Below are positions 1 through 13,769 of a stretch of DNA of 64,000 bases, in pieces. The translations under genes were made by a program, and so were the position numbers. Position 1 is the first letter of the stretch, and each line of letters starts with the position of its first letter. This stretch comes from the human T2T-CHM13v2.0 reference genome, Homo sapiens, in NCBI RefSeq assembly GCF_009914755.1, contig NC_060946.1. One strand, written 5' to 3'. The notes under the pieces were generated by a model, which saw only the letters and a program-made list of their open reading frames with translations, did no database searches and was not told the origin of the DNA.

Positions 1-472
1 AAGAGACCTGAGTTGAGTCACATCTAAGGAAGAATAAAACCAGTGAGAGGGAATGCCTGGGATGGGAAGGACTTCCCAGGAAAGCTGGAATGAGCATAGC
101 ATGTCCCAGGGACAAAATCAGTTCAGTTTTGCTGGAGCAGAAAGCAGGAAGCCAGGGGAAAATGAGGCTGAGGTTCAAACTTGGTCCTGAAGGTACTAGG
201 GAGCCACGGTTGGTTTAAGCAGGAGCTATGTCAGCCGCTTTGTGTTTTAGGAAGATTGCTCTGGGAGGCCAGGGGTAGGTGAGGCCTCTGCAGGGACCCC
301 TCTGAAGGTGCACCCTGAGTTTATCTCCAACCCCTTGCTTGGCAGGTGTGGGATGAAGCTGCAATTTAGGGCAGGAGGAGCAGTGCCTGGTCAACTCCCC
401 TTCTGTTCCAGAACCCCAAGTCACAGGGGAAACCTGGGGGGATGGAGGAGAAAGGTCTGCAGTCACAATCTA

Positions 473-847
<375 letters not shown>

Positions 848-1388
848 TTAAAGGAGGTGGTTGGGTCAGCTTTTCCCAGTGTCCATGGAATGTGGTCCTG
901 AAAGAGCTGCTGGCAAAGAATCCACAGACATGCTGCATACTCTGTCCCCACCTGACTGCCCTTAAGGCTCTGATAAGTCCTGCAACAAACACTTCTTTTT
1001 CATTTTGTTTAACCCACTCTTTCCCAAACTTTTCTGATGCAAAGTCAGGTTTTCTTCTTTGAATGCTGGTGCACTGCCTTGTGAATGGAGAGCAACACAA
1101 CTCACTTTGGGCAATGCTAGTACAGAGGAAGTACTTTGGGCAATGCTAGTATAGACCAGGAGTGAGGAGGCTTGGGTAGGGAGGTATGTTCTTTGCGAGA
1201 GCACCCACCACTTCTCTGGGCCTCCATTTCCTCCTTGCTGCCTCCTATTCAATAGTTATCTTATGTATTACAGTAACCACATAGTGTCTCTGTAGAAGGG
1301 ATCTTGTGTTTCCACCCTGGGGTTCAGTACCTGGCACAGAGCCAGATGCTGAATGAATACATGAATGAAAGTCTAAAATAAGAACTGC

Positions 1389-1918
<530 letters not shown>

Positions 1919-2730
1919 AGAACTGCCTCTCCAGTAGAGCTATTATGGAATTAAGTCAACGAATGCCGATGAGATGAGATGAGTTTTATGTTAGTAAATG
2001 CCAAAGCCCTATTCACCTGTAAGGGATGACTTTTTAAATATGTGCTGTACTTCAAGGCGCCTTACTCCCCATGTTCCCCGGTGCCTAAAATTCCAGCATT
2101 AGTCACTCGTTTGCCGTAGGGCACTGAAGGCCCCAATTAAAATGTAAATGTGTGACCTAGTGGTGTTGCCATGGAGCCACCAGCACCCCTGACAGGGCCT
2201 CATGTCATCACTGTTGGCAATTTGTTCACCAGATTAGTCCAGCAGAAAATTGCTGTCGATGAAGGGACTCATCTACAGAGAACCAGAGAACTCCTATGCA
2301 GAAGAGAGAAAGTGGAGCAGGAAATGATGCTGGCCGGCATTCGGGGGGGCCTCAGGGCCCATGCATTGACCGCTGTCACCCCACCACCCTCCACTACACG
2401 CCTGGGCCGTCACCTACCTCCAAGGGCACCCGGGTCAGGGGCTTAGAGGGGCCCGCCAAGGCCATTCCCTAAGGCTGTGAGGGAAACTCTGGCCCATTTT
2501 GCCAAGGGCAACCAGCCATCCAGGGGGTCCGAGCTACACCCTGCAGGAAGCCCACGCAGCACAGCCCTCCAGCTGGGGTCAGGTCCGCCTGGCCAGCTGC
2601 GGGTTCGGGACAGGACGCCCCTTCTGGGAACACAGGAAGGAAGGGAGGGCGCTGCTGACCACTGTCAGGATGAGTCCCTTCCTCCCTGCCCCTTTCCTCA
2701 CCCCTTACCTCCATGGCCCCACCCTCTTCC

Positions 2731-2744
2731 CCACCAGGTGGCAG
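2731..2744 (+). promoter_or_regulatory. CTCF motif, forward orientation
   Basis: CCACCAGGTGGCAG. Confidence 0.55.
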
Positions 2745-3098
2745 CCCCTCCGAGGACCAGAGGGTGAGATGGGAGGCCCCTATCCAAGGGGTCTTACCCT
2801 AAAGGGTTTGGGAGAAACGCAGTCTCTTGGCCAGAGCCAACCTATTCCTACCATAAGCAGCCCTGGAAGCCCTAAGGAGGCAGCAGATGGGGAAACTGAG
2901 GCTCCTCCATCAGGTCTCTGCTCAAATGTCACTTTCCCGCCCACCCATCTAAATCAGCCCCTCCCCAGGCTCTGCGATAGTGTCATCTTCCAGGGCATTC
3001 TGTCACCCGCTGATACCATCCTGTGTACATAAGGACTGAGACCTGCATCCAGCCGTCATCCAGAACATAGTAGGTGGTTCGTAAATATTTGTGGAACA

Positions 3099-3400
3099 GG
3101 CCGGGCGTGGTGGCTCATGCCTGTAATCCCAGCACTTTGGGAGGCCGAGGCGAGTGGATCACCAGGTCAAGAGATCGAGACCATCCTGGCCAACATGGTG
3201 AAACCCCGTCTCTACTAAAAATACAAAAATTAGCTGGCCATGGTGGCAGGCGCCTATAGCCCCAGCTACTCAGGAGTCTGAGGCAGGAGAATCACTTGAA
3301 CCCAGGAGGCAGAAGTTGCAGTGAGCCAAGATCGTGCCACTGCACTCCCAGCCTGGTGACAGAGCGAGACTCGGTCTAAAAAAAAAATTATATATATATA
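3099..3400 (+). mobile_element. AluSc-like with (TA)n after the tail
   Basis: ggtcaagagatcgagaccatcctggccaac diagnostic. Confidence 0.93.
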
Positions 3401-3438
3401 TTTGTTGAACAAACAAAGGAAGTAAGAACTAGAGAAAA

Positions 3439-3799
<361 letters not shown>

Positions 3800-3829
3800 T
3801 CAGCAAAGGATTAGCTCAAGAACCCAGGC

Positions 3830-3951
3830 CCTGGAGGATTGCTTGAGCCCAGGAGGTCTAGGCTGCAGTAAGCTGTGATGGTGCCACTACACTTCAGCCT
3901 GGACAACAGAGCAAGACCCAATCTCAAAAAAAAAGGAAAAAAAAAGAAAGA
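3830..3951 (+). mobile_element. Alu 3' fragment (J-like)
   Basis: ggaggattgcttgagcccagg...A-rich tail. Confidence 0.85.
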
Positions 3952-4131
3952 ACCCATGCCCCTGGACCCCCAGGCTTGGTCACCTGCAGGCTGTGTTCCT
4001 AAGATGACTGAGAGTGCCCACCTTCCTCTGCACACCTCTCTTCTACCCACCACCCAAAAGAGGGGACACTTACTCCATGGGACCCAGACACACACCCAAC
4101 CACTCTCAGGCAATTATTTCCAGACATAGAC

Positions 4132-4390
4132 CAGGGCTCAGCAACCTGTCTGTAAAGGGTCAGGTACTAACTATTTTAGCCTTCATGGACCATCAAGGTC
4201 TCTGTCATGACTAGTGGATTCTATTATAACACACACAAAAATAACCAAGACAATATGTAAATGAATGGGCGTGGCTGTGTTCCAATAAAGCTTTGTTTAC
4301 AAAAACAGGCAGCTGGATGGATTTAGCAAATCAAAATTCAGGACATCCAGTTAAACTTGAACTTTAGTGTCCTGTATTTTATCTGCAACC
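4132..4390. mobile_element. MER58A-like hAT MITE fused to an internally deleted MER53-like element
   Basis: gggcgtggctgtgttccaataaa..ttacaaaaacaggc (MER58A); gatttagcaaat..caggacatccagttaaa / gtcctgtattttatctgcaacc (MER53 arms). Consensus recalled. Confidence 0.7.
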
Positions 4391-4858
4391 ATAGCCTGGT
4401 GGGTAGCGGTGTGCAGATCCCTAGGCATAACTGGATTGGTGTGAACCTCGCAGTAACAGGAAAGAAAGCTGCCATTTTGGAATGCTCCACAGTACGGGAA
4501 CACCGGGCAGAGTGTCTTCCTTATATTAGCCCATCTGTCTTCCCAGCAGCCCTGTGAGATGAGACACAGGGTCCACACTTTGCATACGAGGAAATGGGGA
4601 CACAGAGAAGAAAAATCAGGAGTCCTGGTTCCCATAGCCGGTCAGGGACAGAACCAGGACCCACACCCAGGGCAGTCTGGCTCTAAAGCCTGAATCCTCT
4701 TACACCAGCTTCACTTCACGAAAACCAAGGCTCAGAGAGGTGAAGGGATGCGTCCAGAGAGCACAGCAAGGGGGAGGCTGCCTGAGACCAGGAGGAAAGG
4801 CCTCCTAGCTTCCTGCCCACTGAGCTTTCCAGGGGCTGCCCAAGGCTTCTGTGTGTGA

Positions 4859-5301
<443 letters not shown>

Positions 5302-5376
5302 GTCTTCTTTATCACCATAGTCGGAGAGCAGGTGAGATGCTGAGAGGTGGTAGGTTAATTGATGGATTCCTTTGAC

Positions 5377-5596
5377 CAGGGCTTCTCAGCCTCGGCACAG
5401 CTGACATTTTGGGCCAAATGATTCTTGGCGGCAGGAGGGGGCTGTCCTGTGCATTGAGGCATGTTTAGCAGCACCCGTGGCCTCCACTCTCTCGATGCCA
5501 GCAGCACCTCACCAGTTATGCAAGACAACCAAAACCGTCTCGGGGCATCGCAAAATGTCCCCTGGAGGCAAGATCGTCTCTGACCGAGAACTATTG
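5377..5596 (-). mobile_element. MER20 hAT-Charlie DNA transposon, full length (~220 bp)
   Basis: cagggcttctc...gggctgtcctgtgcattg..atgtttagcagca...aaatgtcccctgg...gagaactattg; degenerate 8-bp TSD cctttgac/attttgac. Confidence 0.85.
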
Positions 5597-6779
5597 ATTT
5601 TGACTCCCTGAGGTTTGAACATCCTCAAGGGCTCACCAGGGAACCTGCACTCATCCTCTGCTCTGGAGGCCACGAACTTCCCCAGGCCGTTGGCAAAGAC
5701 ATTCTGGGCACCCAAAATGGTACCAGGCATTATCGGGAAACCCTAAAAAGCAGAAGGAAGGGTTAGTTTCGGCCAAGCAGTAATAAAAATCTCTGTGAGC
5801 ACAGAACGAACACTAGCTGATGCAGCCTGCTGTTCCGTAGACAGCAAACGATGCTCGAAGCCAGAGGTCCCCGAACCTGCCTGTGCACGGGGTCACCCCG
5901 GGAGCTTGTTCTTTTCATGGACCCAAGTGGACTCTGGAGGGTGGTCCTGGAATCTGCCTTTTCCATGTTTCTTCCTTCCCCCACTCAGCTCTGTTTCCAC
6001 CCAGCAGGTGCTTGGGGTCAAATCCTGAAGACCCCTTGGAGGGAACCAAGTGGTGGCCCCAGAGCTGCCAGCAGGGGAGGTGGTTTGGAGAAAGGACTTG
6101 GGGTGCATGAATCCTGCCACGTGGGTGGCTGACTTCCTTGCGTCAGGCTGGTCTGGTGGAGACAATGACCTCACCTGCTTGGAAGAGCCCTTGGCGGCTG
6201 CTTGGATCTGGGGTCGGGGAGGGGTCCCGAGGGCCAGACAGAGAGGAGCTTGGGGGCTGAGTACACCTCCCCCCGGCCTGGCTGCAGCCCAGCGTGGCTG
6301 CCTGTGGTCTGGCCCGGGAGCGAGGGACAGACCTCCCCCATGGCTGGCACCCGCTCAGCGGCCTCTTCCCAACCACGGTGGGGAAAGGGAAAGGGGCTGA
6401 CGTGGGGCTGACCTCACGCCCGGCTCCCCCTCCTCCAGTGCCTCCCTCGGGGGTTCCCTGCTGCTGGGAAGCTGGACCTCCTGTGGGAGGAGTGGGGGAG
6501 GGGAGGCAAGCAGAGAATGCGGGAGGCTGAACTGAGTGGGGGGCTCTGGAGGCTGGGGTTGGGGAGACAGAAAGACCCCCCACACATTTCTGTACTTTCT
6601 CTGCAGCCTCCAAGAGATCTGGGGTTCCCCTTACTCCATGTGGAAGGGCTTATGAGAGTTTTAGAGGTGATCAAGAATGGACAGCCCTATGGGCAGCATA
6701 GGAGGAGGCAGACTGGGCACTGACATTCAGCTGCTGCCCGGCCTGCTTACCCAGCCTCGCGGGCATCTTCACATCTGCT

Positions 6780-6915
6780 TCTTACAATGGCTATCATGGG
6801 ACAGATGAGGAAACTGAGGCACAGAGAATTTCAGAAACTTGCCTAAGCTCCCACAGCTGGAAAAAATAAAGCCAGGATTCAAATCCAAGCATGTCAGAGC
6901 CCTGGCCCTGTGCTG
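6780..6915. mobile_element. MIR fragment (further MIR cores near 2880, 4550, 10970, 22990, 23500, 24620, 27590, 30500, 31740, 35280, 40880, 58200, 61120, 61830)
   Basis: Core acagatgaggaaactgaggcacagaga / cctcagtttcctcatctgtaaaatggg. Confidence 0.75.
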
Positions 6916-7024
6916 GGTACTGCACACCAGCTCTCATCTGATGAAATGAACAATGTCCTGAGAATCGCAGTGAAACGCAGATTCCAAACCAGCAGTCTGA
7001 AGTGGGGCCAAGATTCCGTATTTT

Positions 7025-7323
7025 GGCCAGGCATGGTGGCTCGCGCCTCTTATCCCAGCACTTTGGGATGTCATGGTGGGAAAATCATTTGAAGCCAGGA
7101 GTTTGAGAGCAGCCTGGGCAACATAGTGAGACCCTGTCTCTACAAAAATAAGTTAGCCAGGCTCAGTGGTGTGCACCTATAGTCCTAGGTACTTGGAAGG
7201 CTGAGATGGGAAGATCACCTGAGCTCAGGAGTTCAAGGCTGCAGTGAGCTATAATTGTGTCACTGAACTCTAGCCTGGATGACAGAGCGAGACCCAGTCT
7301 CTAAAATAAAAAAGAACAAAAAA
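7025..7323 (+). mobile_element. AluJ
   Basis: cagcctgggcaacatagtgagacc diagnostic. Confidence 0.92.
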
Positions 7324-7562
7324 TGTTCTGCATCTCTAAGCTCCCAGAGGTGTAGACACAACTGGCCTGTGCTCCATTCATTTTACCTAGTGTAGCCTGG
7401 CACGGGCATTTAATAAATGGAAACTGTTATTGCTATTTCCTACATAAAGTATATATCATGTGTTCTGTGCATAGTAGGGGCCAATAAACAGTAGGTCCTT
7501 GTGAAACATGATCCTATAAAGAGAGTCTGGTGAATTCTAGAGCCCAGTAGAAACCTACGATT

Positions 7563-7894
<332 letters not shown>

Positions 7895-8484
7895 TCAGAT
7901 GGACTTAGGAGAGTCAAACCTGAAAGAGGCAAAGAGCACTTGAAGGATGAGGTGACATTTGAACAGGACCTTGAAGGATCAGAATTTTCTCCATAGCAAA
8001 GGAAAAAGGGCAGTCTAGACAAAAGTTCTGTGACATTTAACAGACCTCCAAGCTACCACTATGGCCTGAGGGAAGTGGTTGTGAGGGAGGTGAGCCCAGA
8101 GGTTCCGTTGAACAGAACAAGCTACATGCTTTGTAAAATGGAAATGCCAGGTCGCTGGTTGAAAAACCATTAAGAATTCCTGCATGAGGGCCCTGGGCAG
8201 CTGCCCAGACTGTGCACACATGAACTTAGCCTTGAAGCTGGGAACTAGGTCTACAAGGAGGAGTTGGCCTTACCCCGTCAGCAGCTTAAGCAGGAATTTT
8301 AAAGGCTTTTGAAGTAAGCAGATGGTTCGGTCAGACTGGAAGGCTCAAGGCAGGGGGATGGGTCTGAAGGCTGTTGCAGCAGCACAGGCTGAGTCCAGGA
8401 CACAGAGGAGGGAATAGCCCGAGCCACATGGAGGCTGATTTGGACACATTTGGTCCAGGTGGCATATAGGCCTTGGAAAGATAT

Positions 8485-8925
8485 GGGTGTGTTCGTGTCC
8501 CAAGGCTGCCTAACACATTACCACAAACCGAGTGGCTTAAAACAATAGACATTTATTCTCTCACAGTTCTGGAGGCCAAAAGTCAGAAATCAAAGGGTCA
8601 GTAGGGCTGTGCTCCCTCCAAGGCTCTGAGGGAGGAGCCTTCCCTGTCTTCCAGCTTTTGGTGGCCCTAAGCCTTCCTTGACTTGCTGCCTATCACTCCA
8701 ATCTCAGCCCCTGTCTTCACGTGGCCTTCTCCTCTTCTCTCCTTTCTTAGTCTCTTATGACACTTGTCCCTGCATTTAGGGCTCACCCAGAAATCCAGGA
8801 TGATCTCGCTTCGAGATCCTTAACTGAATTACGTCTGCAAAGATTGTTTTTCCAAATAAGGTCACGTTCTGGGGATTAAGACTCAGCTATATCTTTTCTG
8901 GGGGGCCACCATCCAACCGCCTACA
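8485..8925. mobile_element. MaLR solo LTR (MLT1-like)
   Basis: ggcttaaaacaa..atttattctctcacagttctggaggcc..tttccaaataaggtcac. Confidence 0.85.
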
Positions 8926-9869
8926 GTGGGAAGTGCAGGTAAGGCTCCTGTTTGAGACAGGGCAGGGAAAGCAGGGAGGGGAGGAGGCTGAGAGTTCTGG
9001 ACCCACGGGCTGTCAGTGCCTGGGCCTTGCCTATGGCACACTTCTCATCTATCTGCAAAGAAAGGTCCTTCAGGGAAATGGGGAGTGTTCCAGCTGGCTC
9101 GCTGGGAGGTGGGGCCTGAGTGAGTGTGCCAGGAAAGAGCCTGCTGACAGGTAGTGCCCATCCCGGCTTTGATTCATTGGCCGTCTGGGCAGGAGCTGGA
9201 CCGATCAGCTAGGAATTACAAAAATGCTTCGCACATATTTTCCTCTCGCTGGTGGTTTTCTGCTTGGTTAACCCCTGCTGGGCCCCCAATCCCATTGCTC
9301 GTCTGTGTCTGCGGCTGTGGCTCTTTCTCTGCATCTCACCCGCCCCCAGCCCCAGACACTCTCTTCACATCCCCTCCCCTCTCCCCCAGTCACTGACTCT
9401 TGGCTGGAGTGGGCAGGGCTTGACCACGTCCTCATAATTGAAATTTTTGGCCCCAAAGCAGGGTGGTGCTTCCCCAAGTCAAAGGGATGGACTCAAGCTG
9501 AGGCCTCTGCTAGGGCAGGAGGAGGCTTGAGAAATGTCCTGGATGCCAAAGCCAGTGACCAGGAAAAGGCTTTTTGCCTGGGTCCCAGAGGATCCAAGTG
9601 GCCTTGTAATGAGGCAGATTTAAGGCCACTGATCCCCAATTTCCTGCCCCAATCATGTTGCCTTCCTTCCTGCCCCCACCTCATGGCATTTGCAGACTCT
9701 TCCCAGAGGGAGGAAGTCCTTCATCAATAAAAAGGGTTTTAAACTACTGGAGTTAAGGCAGAAGCTTCTGAGGCTTCTGCTCCACCTTCAAAAGTCCACC
9801 CTCAGTCAGGCTAAAGCCCCAGTTTGTGCCTGTGTCATCCTGGCCCCTTTTAGGACCCGTTTCATTGGA

Positions 9870-10236
9870 CTGTGTCTTAGCCATTTCGGTTGCTGTAACA
9901 GAATATCGCAGACTGGGTAATTTAAAGAAAAGAAGTTTATTTCACTCACAGTTCTGGAGGCTGGGAAGTGCAAAAACGTGGCACCAGCATCTGGTGAGGA
10001 ACTTTTTGCCGCATCATAACACGGCAGAAGACGTCACATGATGAGAGCTGGTGTGCACTTTAGGTCTGGCCTTTCTTCCTCTTCTTCTAGCCACCAGTCC
10101 CCATCATGAGGGCCCAACACTGATAATCTTATCTAATCCCAACTACCTCCCAAAGGGCCCACCACCAATCAACACACGGATTTGGGGATTGGGTTTCCAA
10201 CACATGAAATTTGGGGGACACATTCAAATCATAGCA
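9870..10236. mobile_element. MaLR solo LTR (MST-like)
   Basis: tgtcttag..gactgggtaattta..cacagttctggaggctgggaag...tttgggggacacattcaaatcatagca. Confidence 0.85.
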
Positions 10237-12269
10237 AGCTTCACTGGATGTCGGGCGCCAGCTTTTGCAAAGATGGCTGCAGAAACCGCCCTCCAAAAAT
10301 CCACATGCCTGTGCAGAAGGCTGTGGCTGGAGGAGAGGGCATCACAACACCCCTGTCCCCCCATAAGTCTCCAGGGAGAAATTCCCTTTCGAAACCAGTC
10401 CCAGGACAGGCTCTGCTTTCCCTGAGACTCCTCTTTTTTGATTATGAGAATCACATAAGAAGATCACATTTCCATTTTCCTTTCGGCTGCCAGGAATCTC
10501 AGATCCAACTTTGAAGCTCAGCCATGGCAATTATGTGGCCCCTTGTGATCTGAAACATTTATTTTCTTTCTTTCTGTGGTCTTAGTTTTCTCACTCTGTT
10601 TATATCTTCTCTCATCCCGATTCTCTATTTTATCAGCATTTTCATTAGGTACCTTCTGCTATAAGCTGCTTTACATGCTGTTTGGAATAAAGAGGATTGT
10701 AAATAGGGAAATAAATACATCGTGGTTCCATTATGATGTTAATATTTATTGCTGAAAATGTGATTGTTTAGCAAAATAAATGAATTCCCATTCTGCATTG
10801 TCTTTGAATTTCGAACAGAGGTTACCCGGGAGACTCTCTTTCTTCTGCTAGGAACCATTGAGCTCCTGTAGATCTAACGCCTGGTGCATAGAAGGCCTTG
10901 CCAGTCTTGACCAGGTGAGTGGATGGTGTTGACCATAAAGATGAGAAAACATCAACAGCATCTCTCACAAGCTGAGTGACGTCAGGGTACCCTCTGCCTC
11001 CCTGGGCCTCAGTTTCCTTATGTGAAATAGAAGGAGTAACCCAGCCAAAGCCTCACTGAGTGGTTGGGAGGATCTCGTGATGGGTGAGAAGATGCTTTGT
11101 GAACTGCAAGATGTAGGGCCTCGCAGAGCCCATGGGCATATGTATCCTGTGGGTAGCTGTTGGCAGTTGTTCTCTTGGGATCGGGGGAAGGGTGGTGCCA
11201 TGTCCTGTTGAACTCCTGAGAGCTGGCTGGGCAGGAGGGCTGCCCCGCTGGCTCTACCACACGCCTGGGGTCAGGGGGCCTCTCTCTCCAGGCATCCTCT
11301 GGACCTGAGACTCAAGTTACCATGAGGGGATCAGTCAGCTACTAGGACTTTTGTCTGCCAGGCTCGCCCCCTCCCCATCCACCTGGCCCTGGCCTTGAAC
11401 TCAGGACTGTCAGAATCCTCCCTTCCACATTCACTGGGAGAGAGTGGCCCCTTCCCCTGCAAAGAGGGCACCAGGTGTCTGAGACGCATTCTGCTTGGAC
11501 CATCTCCACCCTTGGAGGAGCGGGATTCACGAGGCATTTCTATGTCCCTACTTGTAATTCCTTCGGACAACCTTGTGAAGTAGATAAGATGGCATTCATC
11601 ACTGATGATTCTTGCAATTTTCAAGATAAGACAGCTGAGCTCATGAAAAGGGTCACGGGACTGCATCGGGGAGCGCCAGGCCCAGGATCCTGGCCGGCCG
11701 CAGGGGCAGGGCCTTCCCAGCAAAGCAAACACCTCCCTTCTCCCACTTTTTCCCACAAAGTGATTGTTTTTGCCTCTTTTTTGGAGGGTGACCCAATAAC
11801 CAATTAACAGTCCTTTGTTCTATTTTGCCAGGGCAGGGCCCTCTCCCAGGCTGAGAGAGGCAGGGAGCATCCCTAGGCCCTGGCGTCCCCAGCCAGCCAC
11901 CCAGGACTTAGCTGTCATTCTCTACCTTTCTGTGCTTTGCCATTTGTTTTGTTTTCCTCTAGTTTCCTAGTAAAGGTTGCTTTTGAAAAGCTTCAACCTT
12001 GTCTCCCTGAGCAGAGGGGAGGAGTGTTTCCACTCCTGGGCGGTGGGGGAGGACGTTGTGGGGTGTGGCCCAGGGCCTGAGCCAGCCTCCTGGAGACTGG
12101 GCGGGAGACTTCAGGGGAAGACTCAGAAACAGCTGTGGGCCTGCCGGCCTCTCCCTCCCAAGCAGCTGCCTTCCCGGCCCTTGGCCATTTGCACTTGGCG
12201 TGGGGGACTCCTGAGGAACGAGAGATGAAAGCGCAGGGTGGCCTTTCTCCGACTTTAATGTGCACACGA

Positions 12270-12365
12270 GTCTCCTGGGATCTTGCTAATGTGTACGTTC
12301 TGATTCTGCAGGTCGGGGGGTGAGGTCAAGATTCGGCACTGCTAATCAGCTTCCAGGTGAGGCCA
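12270..12365. mobile_element. MER5A-like fragment
   Basis: ttctgattc..caggtc.ggg..tgagg..aagattc.gca..ctaa..agct.ccaggtga; degenerate. Confidence 0.5.
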
Positions 12366-13205
12366 AGGTCGCGCCATGTTGTTGAATGCAGTCCCTTCAT
12401 GTTACAGAGAGCAGAGGGGACCACAGCCCGAGCCCCCTGCTGCCTCCCAGAGCGAGGCTCTCCCCATCGTGGACTCACCGCCCTCTGTGTGCCTCGTCCA
12501 TCACATACATCCTAAGTGTCCCTCCCAGCCTGTGAGCTTCTAGAAGGCATTGCAACCCGGCACAGGAGCTGACACTTACAAATATTCAGGAACAAGCCAG
12601 TAGGTGACTCTCAGAAACACTGCCCAGATCCCCGAAATAAATCTCGGCTCGGGGAGCCCCAGACCCAAACCCTAGAGCAAAGAGCAGGGAGACATTCGGG
12701 GCCGCTCCAGAGTCTCAGTGTCTGTGGTTTCCCAGTTCTGACCTTGAATCCCCCCAGGAAGGGATTGCAGAAGGCTGGGAAGAAGGTTGCAGTGGAAGGG
12801 GATTCGGTTCCCAAATAGGCAGCGGGAGGAGGGACGGAATCAGGGCGGGCAGAGTCCTCCTTGGTTCTGGCCCCAGTGTCCTGTGTGATTCTGAGTAGGA
12901 CCACCTATCCCCTCCCACTCTGGAGCCATTCGAGTTGTCCTGTTATGTCCCTCTGAATGGTCAACAGGACATTCCTGGGCAACAGAGACCTTGGCAGCTG
13001 GTATCTTACAGGTCCTCGAAGTCTCATGTAGGGGAAAGATCATGAGATCTGGAGGTGAAGGAGTGGCCCTAACTGGCCCTAAACACTTCAAGTGCCCCTG
13101 GGCACGTGGTTTCATGGCTCTGAGCCTCGATTTCTTCCTCTGGTATGTGGGGATGGCAACTCCTGGAGATCCCATGAGATTAAGTGAGGAGTTGGGAGGG
13201 AATGA

Positions 13206-13551
<346 letters not shown>

Positions 13552-13769
13552 TGAGCAATCCATCTCTCTCCTTGGGGGCACCCCATGATCTAGACACCAC
13601 CCACCTTGTTCTGCCTTGGCCAAAATACCACCTAACTGCCCCCACCTATGCCAGGTGCCCCTCCCCCACCCTCCTCCACCCTTCGCTGAGTCCCACTTGG
13701 CTGGTGCCCAGGACAGGGACAGTCCCAGCCCTTCCAGCCCATCTCCCCACATCAGTACACTCCGGAGAG

